A DNA stretch of 32,000 nt from positions 1,029,765-1,061,764 of the forward strand of contig NZ_MPHJ01000001.1 of the NCBI RefSeq assembly GCF_001957125.1. Direction: 5' to 3'. Numbering within the stretch: the first letter of the stretch is position 1; each line of letters starts with the position of its first letter. Made by a program: the position numbers and the translations under genes. Source of the stretch: Shewanella sp. UCD-KL12 (GTDB lineage: Bacteria; Pseudomonadota; Gammaproteobacteria; Enterobacterales; Shewanellaceae). Below, piece by piece: positions 9,575 through 18,339 of this stretch. The notes under the pieces were generated by a model. That model worked only from the letters and a program-made list of their open reading frames with translations. It had not been told where the DNA came from and did not search any database.

Positions 9575-9985
9575 CTATACAATACCAGCTCGACTCAATC
9601 GTGCGACTTTTACACCTTTGAGTGAAGATATCTTATTAACGATCTCGTTCACAGCGGTCGCTTGGCCCTTTATGATTATGGTTTCAAGACAGTTATGGTG
9701 ATCGACATGCACATGAGTACTGCAAAGTACATGAATAAAATCATTGTGTTGTATCTCAATCAGCGTTTCTGATAAGCCTTTTTGATGATGGTCAAAAACG
9801 AGAGTGAGCACGCCTACCACATCATCTTTACTACTGTTCCATTGTTTATCGACGATTCGGTCTCGAAATAGATCTCTAATATATTCAGAGCGTGACTGAT
9901 AACCGCGCTCTTTTTGATCTAACTCAATCTCTTTAAAAAGTGACTCAGGTAGGGATACTGTAAATCGTATGGTTTCGTCTGACAT
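9575..9985 (-). CDS. nikR: nickel-responsive transcriptional regulator NikR
   Basis: 136 aa. N-terminal ribbon-helix-helix (RFTVSLPESLFKEIE...SRSEYIRDL). C-terminal ACT-like metal-binding domain with the His/Cys cluster HVLCSTHVHVDHHNC. Confidence 0.9.
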   Translation of the reverse strand: MSDETIRFTVSLPESLFKEIELDQKERGYQSRSEYIRDLFRDRIVDKQWNSSKDDVVGVLTLVFDHHQKGLSETLIEIQHNDFIHVLCSTHVHVDHHNCLETIIIKGQATAVNEIVNKISSLKGVKVARLSRAGIV

Positions 9986-10095
9986 AATAACTCACTAAAT
10001 AAGTAGTCGTTAATAAAAATAACTGTACATATTAGCCTAATACTCTTTTTAGATAGTGATCTTTGTCATACATGTCAAAAAGTTCTACGAGTTTA

Positions 10096-10150
10096 TTGAC
10101 TTCGGGGAAGTTGTAACTTGTAGTGTTACGAATCGAAAAGTAGTATTACT
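10096..10150 (+). promoter_or_regulatory. putative nikA promoter overlapped by the dyad AGTGTTAC-N13-GTATTACT
   Basis: -35 TTGACT (10096-10101), 17-nt spacer, -10 TGTAGT (10119-10124). The dyad at 10122-10150 overlaps the -10 and the early transcribed region. The promoter call is by eye only. Confidence 0.35.
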
Positions 10151-10180
10151 CATCGAACTTACAATTTGGCATCTCGACTT

Positions 10181-11755
10181 ATGAAAGCGATAACTGTTAT
10201 TTTGTTTATGTTTTATCTTTTATTAATGACAAGTGCTGCGATTGCCCAAGAGCAACCAGGCTCACAACCAGAATCATTAGTCATTGCATTGGGTAAAGAG
10301 CCTGATAGTGGCTTTGACCCCATCTATGGCTGGGGGAAATATAATAACCCCTTATTCCAATCCTCATTAATTAAACGAAATAGTCAGTTAGCGCTTATAG
10401 ATGATATTGCTAAGCAATGGACATTATCGGAAGATAAGATAATCTGGGCGATAGAGATTAAAAGTCACCTTTTATTTAGTGATGGCAAAGCGTTAACGAG
10501 TGATGATATTAAATTCACTTTCGATAAAGCTAAAGCCTCAGCATCAATTCATGATCTGACCAACTTAGATGAAGTGATAATCAAGTCACCAACGTCACTG
10601 ATATTTAGATTAAAGCATCCCGATATTAATTTTATCGATAACTTTATTAATTTGGCTATTGTACCTAAGCATATTTATGCAAAAGGTTATGGCCAACACC
10701 CCGTAGGCTCTGGCCCTTATCAGTTTGTTCGTTGGGATAAAGGACAGCAACTACTATTGGCTGTAAACCCTCACTATTACGGTGAAAAACCTCAATTCGA
10801 GCAGTTGACGATAGTCTTTAGTGATGAAGATAGTCGTTACGCGCGCCTTATGGCGGGCCAACTTCAACTGGCTTCTATCGCTCCACGTTATGCAAGCCTG
10901 CTTCCTCGCGGGTTTAAGTTATGGAGTATCAATAGTGTAGATAACCGTGGTATCGCTTGGCCTATGGTTAAGGCAAGTGGCGATATCGGTAATGATGTCA
11001 CTGCCGATTTAGCGATACGAACAGCGATAGATTTGGTCATAGACCGTAATATATTGGTCAATCAACTGCTTGATGGTCATGCAACCCCAGCCTATAGCAT
11101 TTCAGATGGTCTACCGTGGGGAAGTGGCGCTGAAATTGATAATGGCGTTTTGGTAACAAGAGATAGAGAGAGCAGGGTAAACCTTGATAAAGCGCAGCAG
11201 TTACTTGATGAGGCGGGTTGGCTTCAAAAAGGCGCGGTTCGTCAAAAGCAGGGGCTCAAGGCGGCGTTTTCACTTTATTATCTTGCTGGAGACAGTATTC
11301 GTGAGCAACTGGCACTTACCGTTGCTCAAATGGTAAAACCTTTAGGTATCAGTGTTACCCCAAGAGGAGAGAGCTGGGAGACAATCTATAAGCACATGCA
11401 TAGCCAACCCGTTCTGTTTGGTTTTGGTAGCCACAGTGCATCTGAGGTGAGGTATGTTCACCATAGTCAGTATCGTGGTGTTGAGTACTTCAACGCGGGT
11501 TACTACAGTAACCCTTTGGTCGATAAAGCCCTCGATGATGCGCAGCATTCACTGACTTGGGAGGACTCCCTACCTTATTGGCAAGCGGCGCAGAGACTGA
11601 TAGAGCAAGATAGGCCTTGGAGTTGGTTAGTCAATTTAAAGCACCTTTATGCAGCTCACCCCTGTTTAGATCTGGCAAAGCCAGGCATTGAGCCACACGG
11701 ACACGGATGGCCACTGGCAAATAATATTAGCGAGTGGCGTTGGCTATGCCATTAG
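10181..11755 (+). CDS. nikA: periplasmic substrate-binding protein of a nickel/peptide (family 5) ABC importer, NikA-like
   Basis: Size and sequence are typical of cluster-C/family-5 binding proteins. Signal peptide MKAITVILFMFYLLLMTSAAIA-QE from the ATG at 10181; the ORF-track start at 10166 is a TTG. It is the first gene of a five-gene importer divergent from nikR. Confidence 0.85.
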   Translation: MKAITVILFMFYLLLMTSAAIAQEQPGSQPESLVIALGKEPDSGFDPIYGWGKYNNPLFQSSLIKRNSQLALIDDIAKQWTLSEDKIIWAIEIKSHLLFSDGKALTSDDIKFTFDKAKASASIHDLTNLDEVIIKSPTSLIFRLKHPDINFIDNFINLAIVPKHIYAKGYGQHPVGSGPYQFVRWDKGQQLLLAVNPHYYGEKPQFEQLTIVFSDEDSRYARLMAGQLQLASIAPRYASLLPRGFKLWSINSVDNRGIAWPMVKASGDIGNDVTADLAIRTAIDLVIDRNILVNQLLDGHATPAYSISDGLPWGSGAEIDNGVLVTRDRESRVNLDKAQQLLDEAGWLQKGAVRQKQGLKAAFSLYYLAGDSIREQLALTVAQMVKPLGISVTPRGESWETIYKHMHSQPVLFGFGSHSASEVRYVHHSQYRGVEYFNAGYYSNPLVDKALDDAQHSLTWEDSLPYWQAAQRLIEQDRPWSWLVNLKHLYAAHPCLDLAKPGIEPHGHGWPLANNISEWRWLCH

Positions 11756-12732
11756 CACCTAAGTGGGCAAGTTCAAGCTTATTCACTACAGTAGCAAGGT
11801 TGTTGTTACAGCTTGTGCTCGTGATTTTATTGGCTTACTTGCTGCTTTCTTGGTCTCCACTGGATCCTATTAATGCGTATTTAGACGGTAACCTCTATGG
11901 TGTTTCTGCTCAGCAAAAGGCTGAGTTAACTATTCAACTTGGGCTAGACCAAAGTGTTGCTCAGCAATTTACGCATTGGCTTAGTGAGTTAGCCAAAGGC
12001 AATCTTGGCTACTCCAATCTTTATCAACAGAGTGTTGCAGAGATAATAAAAGATAAGCTGCCTCTGTCACTGCTGTTAATTGGCCTGAGCTGGTTAGTGT
12101 CATTGATTTTAGGCTACCTGCTTGGCCTATTAGCTGGACTGTATCAGGGCAGACTGCTTGATAAAGTGATTAATCAATCTGCTTGGCTATTAGCCTGTAT
12201 CCCCTCATTTTGGTTAGGTATGCTGCTAATCAGTGTGTTTTCAGTTGCGTTGAGTTTGACCCCAGTTTGCTGCGCTGCACCTATTGGTATGCGTTTTGAA
12301 GATCAATCTTGGTGGAGTATGGGCCATCATCTATTACTACCGGTTATGACCTTAGCGTTAGTGCATATGGCACCTATCATCTTACACACTCGTGAAAAGG
12401 TGATTGATGTCCTTAATAGTGATTATGTGACATATTCAAAATTGCATGGCGACAGTAAACGTCAGCTAGTAAGTTTTCATGTCATAAAAAATAGTCTGAT
12501 GCCCGCTATTGTGCTGCATTTTGCCAGCTTCGCTGAGCTGTTTGGCGGCTCTATTTTGGCTGAAACTGTGTTTAATTTTCCTGGTCTTGGCGCCAGCATT
12601 GTCAGTGCTGGTCTTGCAAACGATACAGCCCTTTTAATGGGGTGTACCCTTATCTCTGCACTCTTGGTTTTTTGTGGCAACTTGATAGCCAACGGGTTAT
12701 CTAAGTCGCTCCTTGCGGGGGAGCAGCAATGA
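11734..12732 (+). CDS. nikB: ABC importer permease, NikB-like
   Basis: Polytopic DppB/NikB-type permease. The start is either GTG at 11734 or ATG at 11746; both overlap the nikA stop. The 3' end overlaps nikC by 4 nt. Confidence 0.85.
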   Translation: MALAMPLAPKWASSSLFTTVARLLLQLVLVILLAYLLLSWSPLDPINAYLDGNLYGVSAQQKAELTIQLGLDQSVAQQFTHWLSELAKGNLGYSNLYQQSVAEIIKDKLPLSLLLIGLSWLVSLILGYLLGLLAGLYQGRLLDKVINQSAWLLACIPSFWLGMLLISVFSVALSLTPVCCAAPIGMRFEDQSWWSMGHHLLLPVMTLALVHMAPIILHTREKVIDVLNSDYVTYSKLHGDSKRQLVSFHVIKNSLMPAIVLHFASFAELFGGSILAETVFNFPGLGASIVSAGLANDTALLMGCTLISALLVFCGNLIANGLSKSLLAGEQQ

Positions 12733-13631
12733 AGCGTTTCTTATCACAAAAGGGGGCCGTCGGAGCGGGTACCTCGCTGATGGTGCTGCTTGCAATTGCA
12801 TTTTTCTGGCCATCATCAGGCACTGAAATTAATCTGCTGGATAAGAATGTAGCACCTAATCTCACCTACCTGTTTGGTACTGATTGGCTGGGCCGGGATC
12901 TCTTTAGCCGCAGTTTAAAAGCGTTAATTAGCAGCTTTTATATTGGTGGTATGGCGGTGTTGTTAAGTTGCACCATAGCACTGTGTATGGCGATGCTGGC
13001 GTTAGTTAACCGTTACTTTCGCTGGAGCGTCGATCTGCTGGTGGATCTGTTTATGTCTCTGCCTCATCTTTTGCTATTGATCTTACTGGCATTGGTATTT
13101 GGTGGCGATCAGCAGGGGTTAGTGATGGCAATCGCCTTAAGTCATTGGCCAAGGTTGACCCGTTTACTGAGATTTGAGATGCAGTCGATAGCCAATAGTC
13201 CCTACTTTCAAATTGCCAAGCAGTTTGGCCATTCGCCTTTGGTCATTTTGAAGCGACATATGTTACCCCATATTTTACCCCAATGGTTTGTTGGGGCGTT
13301 GCTGTTGTTTCCCCATGCGTTAACTCACATGGCTGCGCTCACCTTTTTAGGCTTTGGCTTAGACCCATCGACCCCCTCTATGGGGGCACTGCTGTCTCAG
13401 GCTAGTCAGTACCTATTAACTGGCATGTGGTGGCTGGCTTTGTGTCCAGGAGGTTTACTATTGCTGAGTCTATTACTTCTCTCTTATCTCGCTAATACTG
13501 TGATGAAAATAGTCAGAGAGGGCCCAGACACAAGCATTATCCAGACGAAGAACCGATCCATCTCCTCAGTATGCATGGCCGTTAAAAAAGATGTTACAAA
13601 GGAAGTAAAAGTGGGAGTTAAAGATGCTTAA
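12729..13631 (+). CDS. nikC: ABC importer permease, NikC-like
   Basis: DppC/NikC-type permease with an N-terminal TM anchor. It carries a roughly 40-aa hydrophilic C-terminal tail. It overlaps nikD by 8 nt. Confidence 0.85.
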   Translation: MKRFLSQKGAVGAGTSLMVLLAIAFFWPSSGTEINLLDKNVAPNLTYLFGTDWLGRDLFSRSLKALISSFYIGGMAVLLSCTIALCMAMLALVNRYFRWSVDLLVDLFMSLPHLLLLILLALVFGGDQQGLVMAIALSHWPRLTRLLRFEMQSIANSPYFQIAKQFGHSPLVILKRHMLPHILPQWFVGALLLFPHALTHMAALTFLGFGLDPSTPSMGALLSQASQYLLTGMWWLALCPGGLLLLSLLLLSYLANTVMKIVREGPDTSIIQTKNRSISSVCMAVKKDVTKEVKVGVKDA

Positions 13632-14400
13632 CATAGATAAGTTATCGATACGTTCTGATGAGGTAGAGCTGCTGTCTCCTATCTGTTTTAAGCTATGCCC
13701 AGGTCAGGTCGTAGGCGTGATTGGGGCCAGTGGCAGCGGTAAAAGCTTACTGGCTTCAGCCATAATAGGCGATATTCCAAAGGGGTTTACCGCTAGTGGC
13801 AAGGTGACGATTTGTAATACAGCAGCGGCGTCTGAGGAGCAAGTACCGCATTCGCTTGCCCGTGTTGCACTCGCCGCGCAATCAGCCACTGCACTTGACC
13901 CTTTGCGGACAATATTTTCCCAGATCTCCCATAGAATTAAGCGGATAACACAGCGAAAAATCGCATCTAATCAAACTGCTAAGCCGAGTCATATTTCGAA
14001 CTTTGTTAGTGAACAGATTGGTCGCTGTTACCCCCATCAGCTGTCAGGTGGTATGGCAAAGCGAGCATTACTCGCTCAAGCGAGTTGTCAGCAAAGCGAA
14101 TATATTTTGGCTGACGAGCCTTGTTGTGGCCTCGACAGTCGTAGTGCACAGGAGATATATACTCACCTTGCTGATTATGCAAAACAAGAGAACAGGGGAG
14201 TCTTAGTGATAAGCCATAACTTAAAACAGCTATTGGCTGTGGCTGATGAGATATTGGTATTACAGGAGGGAAAGCTTGTTGATAGTACAAGGCCAGAGCT
14301 TATCTTAACGGGTATGTGTCACTCCTATACCCAAGCACTATGGCAGGCTTTACCTGAAAATTGGCATAAGGATAAGCTTGATTATGCTGAGGTTGCTTAG
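13624..14400 (+). CDS. nikD: ABC importer ATPase, NikD-like
   Basis: Walker A GASGSGKS, signature LSGGMAKR, Walker B ILADEP, H-loop SHN. GGGAG Shine-Dalgarno 7 nt upstream of the ATG. Confidence 0.85.
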   Translation: MLNIDKLSIRSDEVELLSPICFKLCPGQVVGVIGASGSGKSLLASAIIGDIPKGFTASGKVTICNTAAASEEQVPHSLARVALAAQSATALDPLRTIFSQISHRIKRITQRKIASNQTAKPSHISNFVSEQIGRCYPHQLSGGMAKRALLAQASCQQSEYILADEPCCGLDSRSAQEIYTHLADYAKQENRGVLVISHNLKQLLAVADEILVLQEGKLVDSTRPELILTGMCHSYTQALWQALPENWHKDKLDYAEVA

Positions 14401-14510
14401 CCCTTTTACGATAAATGACAAAAGTGATGTCAGTGTGAATCTGTTAATAGGCTCAAACTGGTTTAAGGTTCTTGCCAGCTTGGGGCGGGCCAATACAAAG
14501 GGAGGATATT

Positions 14511-15107
14511 TTGATAAGTCTAAGCAATGGTGAATTGTCCTATGATGCTTTGGGTAAGAGGCGTATTCAATTCCCTGAGATTAAACTGTTACCTGGCCAA
14601 CGCTTAGGATTATTTGGGCCAAGCGGGCTCGGAAAATCATCACTTGCCAAGGTGTTAGCAGGTATTGAGAGCTTAAGTCGTGGTGAGCTAGAGTTACCTT
14701 GTCAGTTAACAGGCGCCGCCAACCCCGTTCAATGGGTATTTCAGCAACCTGAGCTTGCCTTTAACCCTAGGCTGACTTTAAAAGCATCGCTTGAAGAGAG
14801 CTGGAGAGGTGAGGGGTATCTATCACTTTTAGCTCAGTTTGCTATTGAGCCGGCTTGGTTAGATAGACGACCTTCTCAAGTATCGGGCGGTCAGCTACAG
14901 CGGGTCAATATTCTGCGGTCGTTAATTGAGAGTACCGAATATCTTATCTGTGATGAGATAACTGCACACCTTGATATGTTGACCCAGCAACAGATCTGGC
15001 TAGCCTTGGGTCAATATGCCAAACAGCGAAACATTGCACTGCTGGTCATCTCCCATGATGAAACATTGCTAGCACAAGTGTGCGATAAGACTATTTATTG
15101 GGAATAA
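14511..15107 (+). CDS. nikE: ABC importer ATPase, NikE-like
   Basis: Walker A GPSGLGKS, signature VSGGQLQR, Walker B LICDEI, H-loop SHD. Preferred start is the TTG at 14511, preceded by a strong AAGGGAGG Shine-Dalgarno with a 5-nt spacer. The ORF-track TTG at 14472 has no ribosome-binding site. Confidence 0.8.
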   Translation: MISLSNGELSYDALGKRRIQFPEIKLLPGQRLGLFGPSGLGKSSLAKVLAGIESLSRGELELPCQLTGAANPVQWVFQQPELAFNPRLTLKASLEESWRGEGYLSLLAQFAIEPAWLDRRPSQVSGGQLQRVNILRSLIESTEYLICDEITAHLDMLTQQQIWLALGQYAKQRNIALLVISHDETLLAQVCDKTIYWE

Positions 15108-15245
15108 CCTCAGAAAATCGCCTATTGGAAGCCTTTTTATGAAGGCCGTTTTATGAGTCTTTTTAAAAGAGTGTCTTACGGAAGTTAGTAACTGGGGAGC
15201 ACAGGCTGAAATTATTCCATGATAACCAACATATTGCTTTTCTAT

Positions 15246-15680
15246 TCATTCAAACAGAAAGCGTTTAAGCGCGTTGATTTTTATCTCTCTAACAATAGAG
15301 AGTGTTAGCGTAACAAGCCCTAAAGTGATATTTGCCAGACCTGCTGATAAACGATGAAGTGTTTCAATATCAACTTTCATTGATAACCAAACACCAATGT
15401 CTATGAGCCAAAATGCCAAAAGATACATGTTAAATTGACCATCTTTAACGGTTATTTCCTGTTTAGCGATATCCCGTTCAAATGATATTTTTCCAAGTAG
15501 CAAAGACAGCCGAAAAAAGATGGATTTGATCGCTCGTTGGTGATCATATTTGACCGAGTATTGAGTAGGGTCTAAACCATTTCTTTGTTTGTATTCTTGC
15601 AGTTTCAGCAAAATATTGTCCATGATTCCCTTCACGTGATTATTGAGTTTGTAAGTTAATAATCTATCAGAAAGTTTCAT
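15246..15680 (-). CDS. hypothetical small membrane protein (orphan)
   Basis: A 144-codon ORF in a visibly AT-rich stretch, where long ORFs are unlikely by chance. It has a soluble N-terminal part and two hydrophobic segments (FNMYLLAFWLIDIGVWLSM, LANITLGLVTLTLSIV). I recognise no family. An alternative start at 15623 (MDNILLK) has a better ribosome-binding site (AAGGGA). Confidence 0.55.
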   Translation of the reverse strand: MKLSDRLLTYKLNNHVKGIMDNILLKLQEYKQRNGLDPTQYSVKYDHQRAIKSIFFRLSLLLGKISFERDIAKQEITVKDGQFNMYLLAFWLIDIGVWLSMKVDIETLHRLSAGLANITLGLVTLTLSIVREIKINALKRFLFE

Positions 15681-15907
15681 GTGGATAAATGATGAGCACT
15701 CCTACAAACCCACGGGGAAAATATCGTTAATAAACCTATTTTTACACAGTTTTAAGGCTCTATTCAGAGTTAAGCTCTATAAGGTTAATTCTTCTCGGGA
15801 TTTGTTTCCGTTTTATTACCGATGAATCTATAATGCTGCACTCGTGCTGGGCGAGAACAACAAGATAACAATAACAAAATAATTACAAATTGGAGTTTAC
15901 ACACAAT

Positions 15908-17977
15908 ATGAAGAGACAGTTGAATACTGTTAAACATGCTATCGCTTTATCTTTAGGCCTGTTTAGCTTTACTGCCGCGGCAAGCAACCACCTAACTGCT
16001 GAAGAGGTTATTGGCCTACAGCAAGTCGCGCAAGCACAAGTGAGCCCATCGGGAGACAATGTTGCCTTTACTCGTTACGTCCCTCGTGAGATCTACAAAG
16101 AGGAGAATGGTCTACATTGGGCTGAACTTCACCTTGTTGACGATAAAGGGGTTGAGCGTCCCTATATTACCGGTCAGGTGACCATCAGTAATATTCAGTG
16201 GTCGGTTGATGGTAGCCTAATCTACTTCTTGGCTAAGATGGGCGAAGATAAGCACACTGCACTTTACCAGATCCCATTTAATGGTGGTCAAGCGCAAAAG
16301 ACCCTTGAGCTTAAAGAGACTGATGTTGCCAATTACGCCTTGAGCAGTGATGGTAAGCAGATAGCCTTAATTGCAAAGCCGGCTAAAGATAAGAGCGTCA
16401 AAGAGCTTAAAAAACTTGGCTTTATGGCTGAAGTTTATGAAGAAAATCTGACTAATAAACAGCTTTTTGTTGTTGATTTAGCCGTAAGTGACAAGTCCCT
16501 GACTCCAGTTGCTTGGAACATTGAAGATTATGTCTCTGATGTGCAATGGTCTGCCAATGGTGAGCAGCTATTAGTTAAGACTCAGCCTACTGCGCTTATC
16601 GATGATAAGTACATGAAGTCACAGTGGCACCTTGTTGATGTGGCAAACCAAAAAGTGACAACCTCTTTTATCACTGAAGGTAAGCTTGGTGATGCTGAGC
16701 TGTCTCATGATGGCAAATATGTTGCTATTCTAGGTGCTGAAGATAAGCATGATCCAGCGGCTGGCCGTCTGTACCTTGCGGAAACTAAAACCGGTAAAAT
16801 TAGTGAGTGGTTACCTAATCACTTAGGTCATGTGAGTGATTTTGAGTGGAAAAATGATAAAAACGAACTCTACTTTATCACTAACATTGATACAGATTCC
16901 GTCGTTGGTTTAATCAAGCCTGGTAAGACTGATTATAAAACAGTTGTTAAGCCTGGTAAGTTTATCGCTTCACAGCTAAGTCTCTCTGACTCAGATAAGA
17001 CCATTGCACTGCGTGCCAATACTGCTAAGCATCCAAATGAAGTCTATATGCTTCGTGGCAGCAAGCATAAAGCGACGCGTCTGAGTAACTCAAATACTTG
17101 GTTAGATGACAAGCAGTTTGCTAAGCAGGAGTCTATCTCTTTTAAAGCCAAAGATGGTGTAGAGATTGGCGGCGTACTTATCTACCCGCTCGATTATAAA
17201 GAGGGTCAACGCTACCCGCTTATCATGTCAGTACATGGCGGTCCTGAGAGTCATGATAAAGATGGCTGGTTGACTAACTACTCACGTCCAGGTCAGTTAG
17301 GTGCGACTCAAGGTTATGCCGTTTTCTACCCTAATTACCGAGGCAGTACTGGTAAAGGTGTTGATTACTCGAAACTTGGCCAGAATGATTACGCTGGTAA
17401 AGAGTTTGACGATCTGGTCGAGTTTAAAGACCATTTAGTTGATATGGGTCTTGTTGATACTAACAAGGTCGGTATTACAGGTGGTTCATACGGTGGTTAC
17501 GCTTCAGCTTGGGCGGCAACTAAGTTGACTAAGCATTTCGCTGCAAGTGTGATGTTTGTGGGTGTGACGAATCAGCTTTCTAAGTTTGGTACCACAGATA
17601 TCTCTAACGAGATGCATCTTGTTCACGCTCGCTCTTACCCATGGGATAAGTGGCAGTGGTACCTTGAACGTAGTCCTATCTACTGGGCTGGTCAGTCTGA
17701 AACACCACTGCTGATTATGCATGGTAAAGACGATCCGCGCGTTCACCCAGCCCAATCTATGGAGCTATATCGCTACATGAAAGTGCAGGGTAAAACGGTA
17801 CGTCTGGTTTATTACCCAGGTGAAGGTCATGGTAACCGTAAAGCGGCTGCGCAGTATGATTATCACCTACGTCTAATGCGTTGGATGGATCACTACCTGA
17901 AAAATGATGGTAAAGAGATGCCTGCTAACGAACTGGCCCATAAGGCTAATCTTGAAGCGGTTAAGAAAGAAGACTAG
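15908..17977 (+). CDS. secreted S9 family serine peptidase (prolyl oligopeptidase / acylaminoacyl-peptidase type)
   Basis: Signal peptide (MKRQLNTVKHAIALSLGLFSFTAAAS), a beta-propeller-like N-terminal half and a C-terminal alpha/beta hydrolase domain. The catalytic elements are GGSYGG (nucleophile elbow), HGKDDPRV (Asp) and GEGHG (His). The ATG at 15908 is preferred over the ORF-track TTG at 15890. Confidence 0.9.
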   Translation: MKRQLNTVKHAIALSLGLFSFTAAASNHLTAEEVIGLQQVAQAQVSPSGDNVAFTRYVPREIYKEENGLHWAELHLVDDKGVERPYITGQVTISNIQWSVDGSLIYFLAKMGEDKHTALYQIPFNGGQAQKTLELKETDVANYALSSDGKQIALIAKPAKDKSVKELKKLGFMAEVYEENLTNKQLFVVDLAVSDKSLTPVAWNIEDYVSDVQWSANGEQLLVKTQPTALIDDKYMKSQWHLVDVANQKVTTSFITEGKLGDAELSHDGKYVAILGAEDKHDPAAGRLYLAETKTGKISEWLPNHLGHVSDFEWKNDKNELYFITNIDTDSVVGLIKPGKTDYKTVVKPGKFIASQLSLSDSDKTIALRANTAKHPNEVYMLRGSKHKATRLSNSNTWLDDKQFAKQESISFKAKDGVEIGGVLIYPLDYKEGQRYPLIMSVHGGPESHDKDGWLTNYSRPGQLGATQGYAVFYPNYRGSTGKGVDYSKLGQNDYAGKEFDDLVEFKDHLVDMGLVDTNKVGITGGSYGGYASAWAATKLTKHFAASVMFVGVTNQLSKFGTTDISNEMHLVHARSYPWDKWQWYLERSPIYWAGQSETPLLIMHGKDDPRVHPAQSMELYRYMKVQGKTVRLVYYPGEGHGNRKAAAQYDYHLRLMRWMDHYLKNDGKEMPANELAHKANLEAVKKED

Positions 17978-18012
17978 TTGATGGCTTTTAGCTCAGTATG
18001 AGTAGAAAGTAA

Positions 18013-18039
18013 AACGCCTGAGCATGCTCAGGCGTTTTT
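18013..18039. terminator. bidirectional rho-independent terminator between the convergent peptidase and yeeD genes
   Basis: AACGCCTGAGC (18013-18023) and GCTCAGGCGTT (18026-18036) give an 11-bp perfect stem. It is flanked by an A-run upstream and TTTTTGTTTT downstream. Confidence 0.8.
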
Positions 18040-18063
18040 GTTTTCAGATAGACGCTAAGGAGG

Positions 18064-18339
18064 TTAGCGCTTTATCAGGTAACGAATATGGGGGCCATTT
18101 TGTTCTATGCTGAGCATGGTATAGCCGTGGTTTTTAGCATCAGGTGGAATATTATTGATAGATTGGCCGCAATCGGTGACGACCTCTAATATCTCTCCCT
18201 TGCTCAGTGAAGCCATCGCTTCAAGCGTTGCAACGGCAGGGTAGGGGCAAGATTCACCGAATATCTCTAAGTTATAATCAGGTGTGATCTCTGCGCTATC
18301 TGCTGATGAAACAGCTTGTTGATCCGTTTGAGCAGTCAT
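18064..18339 (-). CDS. yeeD: TusA/SirA-family sulfurtransferase-like protein (YeeD/TsuB-like)
   Basis: 91 aa with the CPYP (Cys-Pro-x-Pro) active-site motif of the TusA family. Its ATGA overlap with the upstream yeeE stop implies translational coupling. Confidence 0.85.
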   Translation of the reverse strand: MTAQTDQQAVSSADSAEITPDYNLEIFGESCPYPAVATLEAMASLSKGEILEVVTDCGQSINNIPPDAKNHGYTMLSIEQNGPHIRYLIKR

